From assembly GCA_001949185.1 (NCBI GenBank), contig BDGG01000001.1:1360263-1424262 (forward strand): a stretch of DNA of 64,000 nt, read 5' to 3'. The notes beneath the pieces are model-generated. The model saw only the letters and a program-made list of their open reading frames with translations. It had not been told where the DNA came from and did no database searches. The position numbers and the translations under genes were made by a program. The stretch comes from Ramazzottius varieornatus. Taxonomy: Eukaryota > Animalia > Tardigrada. Shown piece by piece: positions 51,480 through 63,070 of the stretch (positions within the stretch are counted from its first letter, which is position 1; each line of letters starts with the position of its first letter).

Positions 51480-53273
51480 GCTTTCGTGCAGTTGCGCCGG
51501 AAGTGACAGCGCCATCTGCCTTAGCAAGCATATCCAGCACGCCGAACAGCAGTCCGAACAGCCTATACTCAATGGAGAAGGACAAGAGACCAAGCCGACT
51601 TTCAACGTTGGAAGGAGCTGGAAGCAGTGAAGAAGAGGCTCATCTTGGCTGACAAGTACCGTAAGCTATGAGGTATCGCCTTTTCGTCTCGCAGGAATCC
51701 CACGGCTGTATAGAAGTTTCTGAAGAAGAACTCAGCATCCGCGTCGATCCCTCCAATACCCATTCCAGGCAGCGACGATAAGTATCTCATCGAGCCGCAA
51801 GACAAAGCCAACTTCATCAGCGACCTCTTTGCCAAAGAGTACGTATCCTGTCCAAGCCATTGCACTGCCCAGGTCTCGCAGCGCCAGCCTTTGCAGATCC
51901 TTCAAGAACCGCAGTGCGAGCAGCCAACAGTAGCAACGTCCACCGTACACATACTGATACGGAAGCTCGACCCGAACAAGGCAGCAGGCTCATCGCTCGT
52001 CACCAACCGGCTCCTGAAGATTGCCGGTACTACCATCATCTATCCCTTGTCGCGCCTCTTCAACCTCATCCTGTCTACAGGAAAGTACCCCGCTGCCTGG
52101 AAAACCGCCGACGTCGTACCTGTGCCAGAGAAAGGCGGATCAACATTCCGACCAATCTCGCTCCTCCCTCCCCTGTCAAAGCTGTTTGAAACAGTTTTGA
52201 GTGATCATATAGACTCTTTCCTTGACAGGAACAAGCTGCTGTCCGACACCCAGTACGGATTTAGGAGGCGCAGGTCGACGGAGATGCAATTATTGCAAAG
52301 TGAAGTCTCCCGTCTCCCGTCAAGCAAAGTGAAGTCTCCCGTCTTTCAGTATGCCGATGACATCCTGTTGTACCGCATCATTCGAAAGAACGATGACTGC
52401 GCAGCTCTACAGCAAGATGTGAACGGCATTGCGGAGTGGTGCATCGAGACCGGCCTTGAAGTAAACCCCAGCAAGTCGCAGCATCTTCGGATCTCCAACA
52501 AGCGAACCAGCAACGCAAAGACAGACGGTGGAAATCACAATTTCTCTTCTGTAATTATTCCGTCTGTTACAGAAGCAGAATGCCTCGGAGCCATCTTCTC
52601 CAGCAAACTCGACTGGACAGCCCAGGTCGACAAAGTCACGGCAAAGTGCAGGAGAAGACTCTGCGCAATCAAGGGCTTCTTTCCTCGACGATTCGGCTCC
52701 GTCAAGCAGCTGCTCTTCAACAGCCTGGTTCGTTCGGTTATGGACTATGCTTGCTCCTGCTGGCATTCCACGTCAAAGACACTGCAAAGACAGCTGGAGA
52801 CCATCCGGAAGAAGTTTCTCCAGAGTATCCGGCTTGGTTCGCTCTTGAATGATGGACATGATCGTGATTTCAAGCAGTACCGATCACACCTGTCAGTAGT
52901 GGACTGGGAGCCTGTCTGGGAGCGGCGCTGCAAAGGCATTTTGCTGAATGCCTTTAAGATATGGGCTGGTGTATTTACAGGTGGCAACAGCATTCTCAAG
53001 TAGGAGCGATGGAAGGACAGCTCGATTACAAGAAGTCAAGCCAAAGAAATGGTCCTGTCGCCGGTCTCTACAGCTCCACCTTCGTGCAGGATGCTAGAGT
53101 CCACGCTGGGGTCCTTCGCTTACGTGGCCACTGCCTTGACGAAAGATCCTTTGTTTAGTCCTAACCTGAGCCAGTTGTTGTCAGTAGAAGCCTTTAAATC
53201 CTACCTGACAAACATACGTCTTTCTAGATTTGAATGGAGCAAAGAGAATATCGATCCTTTTTTGTTGGTTTAA
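51480..53273 (+). mobile_element. Decayed LINE RT with an in-frame internal deletion
   Basis: KAAGS, WKTADVVPVPEKG, FRPISLL, QYGFR..RST, then directly QYADD. The DxxKAFD and GVPQGS motifs are missing. Stops at the 5' end and at 53001-53003. Confidence 0.9.
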
Positions 53274-53744
53274 AACTGGTAGTATTTTATATTGTTTGAA
53301 ATCACTTTATCCCTGTCTCTTCCGGCTCTCTAGCCAAATATTTCTCAAATTTGTCATACTTACGCTTTGCCTGGCTAGCTCTCTGACAATAAGGGTATAT
53401 ATATATAGTCAAATCGTCAGTTTTAAGATCGGGTTAGTTAACATCCCCTATCCAGAAATAAGCTGCGGTTTAGGCAACAGAGACGGAGTATTTTCTGCTT
53501 TTCGGTTCGTCCTAGCTCCTACGTTCGCGGGGGGCTTCTAACGACTGAGACGAAGGTAGCACGGATCTGAGTGGTAGTTTTACTTTGGCAGCACTCGAGG
53601 TTCTCGTAACATCCACGAGGAAGTTCTCAAACTGACAAACTAGAATGACAGACGGAGCTAACGCGCTGTCCAATGGAAATCTAGCTGAAAAGCAGAACAG
53701 GCAGGGAGTCCCCAAACGGACAGAGAGAACAGCGACACTACTGT

Positions 53745-56439
53745 CTACAGATGTCCTTCCTCCTCGTCGATGTACGGTACGGGAGAATCCCTTGCCTTAC
53801 TGGTAGAGGCTCCAGCCCCATATCGATCATAGTCACTTGTCGAGCTTGCTTTCCGATAGTACGTCAGACGCTTGCTGAAAGCTCCAAGAAGGTCTTCGAC
53901 ACTGATGTGAACCGCCGGGTTCTTCACGCAGTGTGGATGATAAGTGTTTATCCAGCCTGCGAAACCAAAACAGTTAGGGAGTCCCCAAAGCACCGTCAGA
54001 ACTATCCACAAGTATGTGTTCAGGAAGCGTACCCGTGATATCGATGACGGTATCACGGCCTAGAGCGGCCTGCAGCCCGAAGTTCCGGCCGGTGCAAATG
54101 GCCATGGCGGTATTGTGGCTACCGAACAGGAGAAGTGCGAGGTCGACCGCATCAAGCATCAGATTGGATCGGAGTTGCTTCTTGAAGACGGAGAAACGAG
54201 CCGTCAAGACCCACCGCAAGCTACCCGGATACATTTCTTCCTTTCCATATCCCGGATTCTCCATGCTGTTCTTCACACGTTGCAGCAGGTTCTTTTGAAG
54301 AGGCGTGAGACCACCTAAAGATGAACATTTTTATTTTGTGTGATGCAGATGGACTAAAATTTATTGAAGGCGTTGCTTACTGGAAGGTGATCGAGCATTC
54401 CTTCCAGCCGGACTCGAGGAAACTTTCAGCTTTAAAACAGGGTGGGAGTTCCCATATCCGTCCGAGCTGCGGCTCCCCAGTAGTGAACTGGAGCCGGCGG
54501 CTGAAACCAATACATTATCAAAACGGGTTATAATGGGTTACCAGCAAGTTAAGGCCGGCTCTGACCTGGTGTCTTAGGCAGTTTCACTGCAATATCCCTG
54601 CAGTACCTGAAGGCACCAGTTCCTTTCCACGGCTTCAGGCACTCTGGCTTTGGGAACGCTGGGTTCGATCCTCGTAAACATGTGGGTATTTTCCTGACAC
54701 TGGAACTAGGTTAGCATGGACAAATTACAATACAATTTGAAATGGGATACGGAACGGTACTTGAAGCCAGCGGATCCAGAGTACTGTTGAGTGGAGTTCC
54801 ATCTGCTGTAGAAACTTCGAATGATGGCTGTATTGTCCGATGTGAAAGTCTCAACATACCATTCGAGTTTCTTGATTTGGTCGAGAGAGAGTTCCCATCT
54901 AAAGTCTGTCGCTGCCCATGCGACGATGCTATCGCATGAGGAGAGAGAGACTCCGTGGGTTTCGACGAGCCTGCGAAAATACTGCTGGTACGGATGTTAA
55001 ATACAGACAGAAAGTTGAGCGTACCATGTACTGGAGACTTCCGATCACTTTCAGCTTCTTCATCATCTTCATCGCTCCAGACGACTCCCTGGCGCGGACG
55101 TCTGCGTTGCTTCGGATAGCTGGGTCTGGAAGCAGGTCGGCCACCAGGTTCATCTGAAAAAACATTGCACTTAGAAAACTGTCGTCAACGGAAGTTTTGC
55201 GCTTACCGCGCAAGGCCAAACTTCTCGGCTTTTCCAGAAGGGAATTCCCGTTTTGCGCTGATCGATCATTACGATGCGGGCTCGCCACTGGGACAGAAAC
55301 AGAATTTTTAAAAAAAATAGACAATCGAAATTCGGTGAAATTTCCAAGGTGAAACTGAAATACCTCGTCCGTTGTCTTCGGTGTCCTCGCTCCAGTCAAT
55401 CCTGGGACGCGGTGGTTTTTCTGGTGACGACTCAGGCGTGATGGAGAACCGTTCACGAAGACCTGAAAAGGAATACGGATAAAATCCTTCGGATTTGCTG
55501 GCTGTGACGTCACTATGTGGGTTAGCTGTGGTGCGTAGAAGCATCCACGAGCAACATGGCGTCATCCAGACGTTTCATCTGAATGATGCACTGACGTCAT
55601 AACTTTCCTTCGCAGCGAAAAACACACTTGTGACGTCATGCGGGTAGTGAGGGTCCGTACCTGTCAATCGGCGCCCAGTAAAAGGATCAAACTTCCATTG
55701 TCCTCCATTAGACGTGAAGCGAGAGGCAGGTGAGGCTTCACGATGTCTGTCGCGTCCTTGTCCGGTGCTGCAACTTGACAGCGGCGTTGGTATGATCGGT
55801 TGATCCGGTATTGACTGTCTCGCTATGGCGGAGTTTTCCTCACCGAGACTCGAATCGTTGTCCTGCGTCATAGGCAAATCCAGCTGCTGTGATTCTTCGG
55901 GAAGATAGTTTTCAGGAGAAGCTTCACGATCAGCTGTAGACTTTGGGCCGTCCAAGTCAGCGAACAGGCCATTCACAAAGCTCTGTTCTTTCTCCTGGTG
56001 GGAAGGGGAAAGCCGTTCGCAAGCTTTCTTTCGAGATCTTCCCTGCAAATGGAATACGGAAAATTTCTGCGGAAAACTCTGCAGGTTCAAACAGACTGGG
56101 AGTTCCCAACCCGTTTTTGCGGCCAGCCTCATATGTTACAGTATAACACAATAATAACAAAAACTGGATCAAAACACATCAAAGTTGATCTGTACGTACG
56201 ATGGCCCTCTCTTCTAGTTGTTTAACTAGACCATCGGCAGACTTTCGCACAGACGTGACCATTCGGATTCCGGCTCTGGACCATTGTTGAAGTTGGTCCA
56301 TATTGAAGGGATGCTGGACGATGATGAAATCACCAACTTGAAGATTCTCACCGTAAACAGCACGATTATCAAGCTTCCATTTCTGGCCCGCTTTCTGGCC
56401 CGCCATGTTTAGCATCATGCATCTCTGGTCGAAAAACAT
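53745..56439 (-). CDS. Unresolved minus-strand multi-exon orphan coding segments inside the motif island
   Basis: Several protein-like ORFs (53745-54276, 54929-55150, 55575-56040, 56179-56439) with splice-like boundaries. No family recognised and some stops are present. Confidence 0.35.
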
Positions 56440-57836
56440 GATGACGATGTAATCTGCCGAAACAATAAGCTTCCTGTAAGAACATCATGAATCAATGAAA
56501 AATGTAAGACTGGGAATTCCCGACCCGTTCATCAGCCAAGCTGCATACAACTTACGTTTGCTGTGAGCTTTCTGCAGACGCTGCTTTTCTGGATCTTCTT
56601 CAGACTCCGCCATGTCTTTGACAGTGCGTTTTCGGGTCGATCGACCTGAAAAGGGGAAGAATAAACCGGCAAAGCTAGGCTAGAAAGTCTTGGTGCACCC
56701 TCAGTGGTGAGCAGTACCCGTTGTTTTGGAGGCTTCTTCAGGTAGCTCAGCGTCCTCTTCTTCCACGGAGTTGTTCCTCGTTTGTCGTCTGGCTGCCATC
56801 CTGGCTTTTTACACGTATTCCGCAAAACCTACCAAAGCAAAGGAGCAGTCAAATGAAGGAAGAGTATGGGATCACTAAAGAGAAATCAGTGATTCAGTCT
56901 GGTCATTACGACCGTGTGGGAGTTCCCGTCCAGAATAACCCAGCGCTGCGGCCTATCCGTTTGTGTTCCGGAGGGTGTAATATCCGGGTTTTCGGAAACT
57001 CAACGATGGTTCCCCGTAACGATGTAAGTTTCGGGTTTCCGGCCCCAGTTGATCAATTGATTTTGTAATACGCTCAGCGTGTCTTTGCAAAGTATCAATC
57101 AACTGGATAGCTCGACTGTCTGTTAACGCTGCGTTTTCATTCCAGTACTCAAACTGACTAGCAGTTGTGCCACAACCCTGCTTTATAGTTGCGCAGTTGG
57201 GATTCAGCTTCCGGTTGAGACTTTTCTCCGTAGTTTTGCTCGTTTCGGCCTAGAATGTTTAAGCCAAGAAAGCGAAGAAGGGTTTACAGCGTATGTACGC
57301 CTTCGACTAGAGTCAGGAGCCGTGGATTACTACGTTACTTACCACGGCGTAATGAGGTAAGATCATCTGTTCGTAGCGGGACTGTGGGAATTCCCTTGAC
57401 TGTTGATTGAGAATCGCCTTGATCATTTTTGTTTCAGAATGTGGAAGACATTCGCAGGAACGAAGAAACTGCCAGCCATCCGAGCACGTCCGAAGATGAA
57501 GGAGAAAGTAACGAGCAGGTGTGCGAGGAGGGACTGGGCGCGGATAGGGAGTTCCCAGAATTTCTTTCGAAAGTGTGCGCAGACCTACCGAAAATTAATT
57601 GTTTCTGTCGATGATCTATTGCGTCCTCTTGTGATTGTGTTGGCAAACGATTTTATTCATGCCGAATTCGCGATGATTCCACCCTCGCTTCAGACTATCA
57701 TGTAAAACGGATCATGTAAGACAAAATACGAAAGAACGAAAGACATTATTCGTACGCGAAGTAAAACGGGTAGGGAGTTCCCACTTCAAAAACTGCGGAA
57801 AGAAACTTCAACGTAGTTCTCGTTAAGAGTAAGTAC

Positions 57837-58680
57837 CTCAACATCTACTTCGCCAAATACCACAGGAAAATTCGGTGCAGGGAGGCGGACTCCAACGGGC
57901 TCCGGTGCTTTGCGACCCCAGGAAAAAGTCGGACTGGCCAGCAAAGGAGCTTGTCGCTTCGGGCAGTAACAGGCGTGGCGGAGCCTCTGTTCGACCGACA
58001 GATCCTTCAGCAGGAGCAGGCATCGCTCACATCGCGGAGAGTTGCTCGTGACCTAGAGGAAATTATGTCTCACATGAAGTAATATATGAAAAGATATGAG
58101 TGACGCACCTCAACATCGTGCTGGCTGACGACATGGACATTGTAGTCCTTCCAGGAAATCTTTCCGGCAGTTGAGGGACACAAGTAGCAGGCCAACTGGA
58201 TGGGAGAAGGAAGAAGACGAGTCACAGGACTTCTAAAAACAACAGAAGGACCTTGATACTTTGTTGGACTAATGTTTGACCGCATTGATGCTTACCTCCC
58301 TTTTTCTGTTCGAAGAGTGATACGGAGGCTGTCCAAGATCTTTCGGCTGTGGAACTCACTGCCGAGAGCACCTCCGTCAACTGGAAAGATGAGCTTGGTG
58401 AAGAAGGGAGTTCCCAATGCGAGGCAGGTGGCCTTGATCACCTGTAAACAAGACCACGTTTCGAAAGAAGTTCTGATGGCGAAGAATGCCGGAACTGTTT
58501 TTCACGGTAAAAGTATCGGGGTGAGCTTACCTCAATATTCCCTCCATCACGGTGGAAAAAGGGTCGAAGGATGGCTTCAACGTACTGCATGGCTTCCTTA
58601 CATTCTACTGTATCGATTCCACAAGACGACAAGAGATGGGCAGGTCGGACGCAGTCGACCGGAAGAGCGAAGGCAGCCAC
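57837..58680 (-). CDS. Spliced zinc-finger gene segment (C2H2 finger + UBZ4-like CCHC finger), ends not resolved
   Basis: Four exons join in frame through GT-AG introns: ...DGGNIE|VIKATC...EKG|RSPV...CYLCPSTAGKISWKDYNVHVVSQHDVE|VTSNSPRCERCLLLLKDLSVEQRLRHACYC... Confidence 0.6.
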
Positions 58681-59038
58681 GAGGGCAGGACGGGCTCCAA
58701 AGAAGGCAAGGAAGCTGGTGAAACGCCGGATTTTCTCGAGACCAGCGCTTTTCGGCCATCACTCTATGGAGGGTCCTTCCTGCATCGTCAACATTCACTT
58801 CGCTATAAGAGAGAACATTTAAAATAACCGAATATTCCGCGAGAATTAGTTGAGAGCTGAACAAATGAACGTACAAAATCGTTATCTCAAGTGGCGCACG
58901 CTTTCGTTATTAATGGTTGAAGCGTGCGCCACTCATGATACGACACCTACTCTGCACGGTTCCAAACAAGCTCGTCCAGCTCCTCTAGCAAATGGAAGGA
59001 CTCGAGGAACGAACACAGCAATCGGCGGCGACCAATCC

Positions 59039-60059
59039 CTACGGGAACAATTCCCAACAAGTGCTCCACACCTTGTCGGAACAAGCAGCTAAGGAGCGCT
59101 TTACGGAGGAGAAAGCCACTGACACCATCTGTAGAAGTGGAAGAGCTGACCATGACGACCTGCTTTGTAGATGTGGACGCGTTTGCGTAGACGCGTGCTT
59201 CCGTGCTGGTCGACGCGTGCTTCCGTGCTGGTCGACGCGTGCTTCCGTGCTGGTCGACGCGTCGGACGTTGGTGGTTGCTCAACCGGATAGGGAGTTCCC
59301 CGCCTAAGCGCAGCAACCTCGCGCAGTAACCGTCGGTTCTGACGCTGGACTTCTTCTCGTTCCGCAGTGACGGCTGCATATTGCGCCCGGGTTGCTTCCA
59401 GCCCACTATGAAGCAGCGTTAGCTGTCCAGTCAGGGCCGTGGCAGCCGATGTCCAGATGTCCATCGCGTCCACAGTGCCTTGGATGACAGCGGGACAGAG
59501 GTTGATGTTCCTCACTATTCTACTGCAATTACAGACGACACGTTAGAGCGAATTCCCAATGCCACGCAAAATATTCGGCAGAAAAAAGTAAAATTAAGAA
59601 AGCAGTTACGTGCACTTCGGGCATGGTTTGCCGTGGCGGATGACCATGCTGAGGCAGCCTCGGTGGAAGAAATTTCCACATCCCCCATCAGCAGCCAACT
59701 TCCCGCATAAGAACGAGTAGTCTCGGTGGATGACGAGCTCGGTGTCCATGGGAAGGTTCGGAACACCGGGGTACAGCTGGATGTCCAACAGGAGAGCGAG
59801 GCAGATCTGACATTCCATCTGCGGACTGTTGTTCTGCAAAAACAACACAAGAAAAATGTACGGCTCGGCGTATGCAGGCTCGTGAAACATGGGTACTTCT
59901 GGTCCGCAATAGCTGTACGCTGTAGTGTATGCAGGTACGTGAAACATGATCGCATTCTTGTTCGCCGATCTTCTGCAAAAAACCCCATTGAGCCAGACCA
60001 CTCACCGTCATCAATGCAGCAAGTTCGACCGCAGAGCGGTCAGAGAAGTCTTTGGACAT
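59039..60059 (-). CDS. RING finger + coiled-coil protein (TRAIP-like architecture), at least 3 exons
   Basis: Exon 1, 60059-60006, is MSKDFSDRSAVELAALMT followed by GTGAGT. Exon 2 from 59818 is CQIC...CGNFFHRGC...CPKC. A phase-2 intron leads into the heptad segment LEATRAQYAAVTAEREEVQRQNRRLLREVAALR. Confidence 0.65.
59190..59262. repeat. 22-bp tandem repeat, 3.3 copies, inside the RING gene ORF
   Basis: GACGCGTGCTTCCGTGCTGGTC at 59190, 59212 and 59234. Confidence 0.9.
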
Positions 60060-61213
60060 TTTCTGGGTGGGAGTTCCCTTACGGCTGTACCTGAAAACCG
60101 AGGGCAAATCGGCCGAGCTGTCTCAGGGAATTCGCTGTAAAATGCACTGAAGCGATTGCTGGAAGCTCTCACGCAAGGCTGCAACTACGTTTGATCCAAG
60201 ACTCCGAGATGGCTGATCACTTTACGAAGTTAGGTAGGAAGGTCCGTCGACAGTCCTAGCAGAAAGGCTAACGAGCCAATGCTCCAGTAAAGATCAAACA
60301 TGTCCGAAGAAAGAGTGAAGGATGCCAGAAACTTCAAAACAAAACTAGAGGTAGCTTGCGCTGTTCCGATAGAGTCGGACCCTGTGGCTTGCAGTGCGCA
60401 GTTTAAAATGCGCTCTTGGTGAGCAGTACAGAGTGTGGGCAGTGTCAACACGGAGAAATTTTATTTTCGTTTTCACCACAGCGAGTTGATTGGCATGGTT
60501 GATCAGTCGTTTTTGCTGTTTCTACTTCGCGCTACATTCTACTGACAGCTGGTTGCCGGTTTTAGTGAGTTCGTCGTTTTGTTACCTGTGCAAGTCGCAG
60601 CTGGCTCGAAGCTGAATAATGGATTTCAGGGTTTCTGGATAGGGATCGCAGTGACACTGTTGCTCATTTCGAACATGCACGGTTATCTTTCATATTCTAG
60701 TCCAAGGTCGTCGATTTATACATTCAAACGATTTGCGTGTCACTTATCGTGCGCCTCTTCCGTGAGGCTCGTTCAACTATTTCTTTCGCTCTAAATTATC
60801 ATTTCGTGAGGAACAAACCGACACACGAAATTCATGTAACCGGTCGAAAACTACCGAGTTGCCTACGTGGCCATCAATTTAATCTCCCGCGACAGCGCCA
60901 GATCAACAGAAAAATAATCGTAACCGACCACTGTTTTGTGGTTCATGGTTAAGTTTATGTGTCCACATAGGTCAGTGACCGAGGCTCATCACAGAAACCG
61001 GAGACGCTAATCACGGTAAGACTGACTGTAAGTTGACACCGGTGTAGAATCCTTGCCCGAGGTTACGAGCTGAATCAAGAAGCAGAAGAGCCCAAGAGCA
61101 GAAGATAATTTGAGAAACCTTCCTTTAGAAAGAAAAACGAAAGTTCAAGTGTACAGCTGTATAGTTCGAAGTTGACTTTGCGTCCTGTCACGTTGGTGAG
61201 TCTCATTCGCAAA

Positions 61214-62766
61214 ATGGTATTCCAAAACCGTTCGAGTTGGACCTGGATCCTTTTGTGGAGTACATTGTTATTACGGAACTTCCAGGAGCTCTGCGGCGCT
61301 CCATCAATAGGCACACCAGCTGACGAAGACTCAAGTTTCGATCTCGACAAGATAGCTGCCGCCTCGAACAGGGACTGTCAAGGACAAGAAGCTGTTGGAG
61401 GACCGGGAGGAGACGCGGAGGCTGGACCTGGCGGGAACGCTCACGGTGGCGCAGGCGGAAAGGCCAAGGCGGGATCTAACTGCGTCGGCATTGGTGGCAA
61501 AGGTGGCACTGCCATAGCCGGGAGGCCAGCTGGAGCCGACAAGGTTGGTGGAGAAGCCTATGGAGGTACGTCGTGGAAGAGACTGCCTCGATTTGCGGTT
61601 TGTGAATCAGTCGATTCTGACACAATCGTCTACTGTAATACGGAAGGAGTTCTTCAAAAGCATCATACATAGAAACAGTGTATGTTGGTTCATGTACTGT
61701 AAAACTGCGCTGCACCCGGCACAGTGCGTACGGGAAATTTCCCAGGTAATTCAGGGATAGACCCCCACGACCCACGGCGATAATTTATGTGTACTACAAC
61801 ACAGGCGGATGTAGCGAATTTCTGCAGTACTATTTTTGCCAGGTATGTTCATTCAATAAAAAAAACAGCTTGTAAGTAAACTCTCAATGCTTTGTAGGAA
61901 AAGGTGGAGACGGCCACGGGGGCGACTATGCCGTTGGCATTGGAGGGCCCGGGGGAGACGCCATTGGTGAACTGGGGTATGGTGGGGATGGTGGGGACGG
62001 TTATGGCGGGAAATGCGCTAAAGGCTATGGAGGAAAAGGAGGCCGTGGTAGCGCTGGGCGGGGGAAGGACGGTATGGGCCACCCCGGTACTATGGTAGGC
62101 TGCAAAAGGGCTGCCGGAAACAGAGATGCCACCGGGAACCCAGGTGAAACGGTGGACAAGACGGTGGATATGCAGCTTAACGCTCGTTTGGAACCAGGTG
62201 GTGGAATAGCGGACCTCGGCAATGTTACACTGCCCGCCATCACTAATCAAACCTTCAAAAGTGCGCCGAAAGCAGTAAGTCAACAGCCGGATGACTCGTC
62301 AATCAACACAGAAGACGGCAACCAAAAGAACGTAGCAGGAAACACGCAGAGCGAAGGGAATGTAACCTCCACAGAGAGTCAGAAGACGGCCAAACAAAAT
62401 GTTGATGTTTCTCTACAAAATAAGACTGAGGAGAGGAATGAAAGACAAAAGTTTCTTTCCACGTTGGACGAACATTCGCTCGGAACATTGCCAGAACCAG
62501 CAAAGCAACAAGAAGAAACCAGCGTTTCCCTGCTACCTATGACGACAACTCCAAGTAATTTAACAGTCGAAGCCAAACTGGGAGTCGATGGTACTTCGGC
62601 TCTCACCACAAGCACGAAGGACAGACACGAAATTTTCACGACTATAAGTGGGGATGGGGAAGTTAAGATTAGTGATGAGTCCCAAAAAGTTCAGTCAGCT
62701 ACTCCCAATACTGAAACCAGCACCGCCGTCGCAGTTACCACAAGCGTTACCACCAAGACAGTATAA
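61214..62766 (+). CDS. Secreted Gly-rich GGxGG-repeat protein, paralogue 4: extended repeat domain + Thr/Ser-rich tail, join(61214..61565,61898..62766), 406 aa
   Basis: Signal peptide, acidic spacer, then C..GGPGGDA..GGAGGKA..C..GGKGGTA. The phase-1 intron GTACGT(61566)...TTTGTAG(61897) joins in frame to four more GGxGG units, a second Cys pair and the 62074-62766 ORF. Confidence 0.8.
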
Positions 62767-63070
62767 GGCTTTGGTGCTGGTGTGGACGTGGCTTGGCCAT
62801 TCTTTTGTTTCTGTTTCATGATTTTGAATGTTTCGTTTGAGATTCGAGCTCCAACCGGTCCAAAGGACTATCTTCCGTGGAAACGACTGCCTTGTTATTG
62901 AATTGTGTGGACAAGTCGGACTAAAAGCCGAGAGACTAACTGACGAGAAAACAACTTCTGTACATGAGGACAAAATACTCCACGACACGTATCAGTGAAA
63001 CTGCCGGCAAAACGTCAACGGAACCGGTGTGAAGGTTGAACACTAAGTAGGGCGATTACATTTGGCGTTT

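Larger units (their letters stand above)
53704..60078 (+). repeat. Dispersed array of the kappaB-like near-palindrome GGGA(G/A)TTCCC marking a multi-gene island
   Basis: GGGAGTTCCC at 54444, 56098, 56918, 57547, 57773, 58406, 59291 and 60069. GGGAATTCCC at 55240, 56512 and 57386. Variants GGGAGTCCCC at 53704 and 53977. Confidence 0.85.

Noticed and set aside
57200-57705. Plus-strand two-exon segment as the island's transposase
   Set aside because: Splice-like signals exist, but no catalytic motif is recognisable.
59190-59262. CRISPR-like array
   Set aside because: The units are head-to-tail with no spacers, there are no cas genes and the context is eukaryotic. The dispersed decamers are also too short and irregularly spaced.
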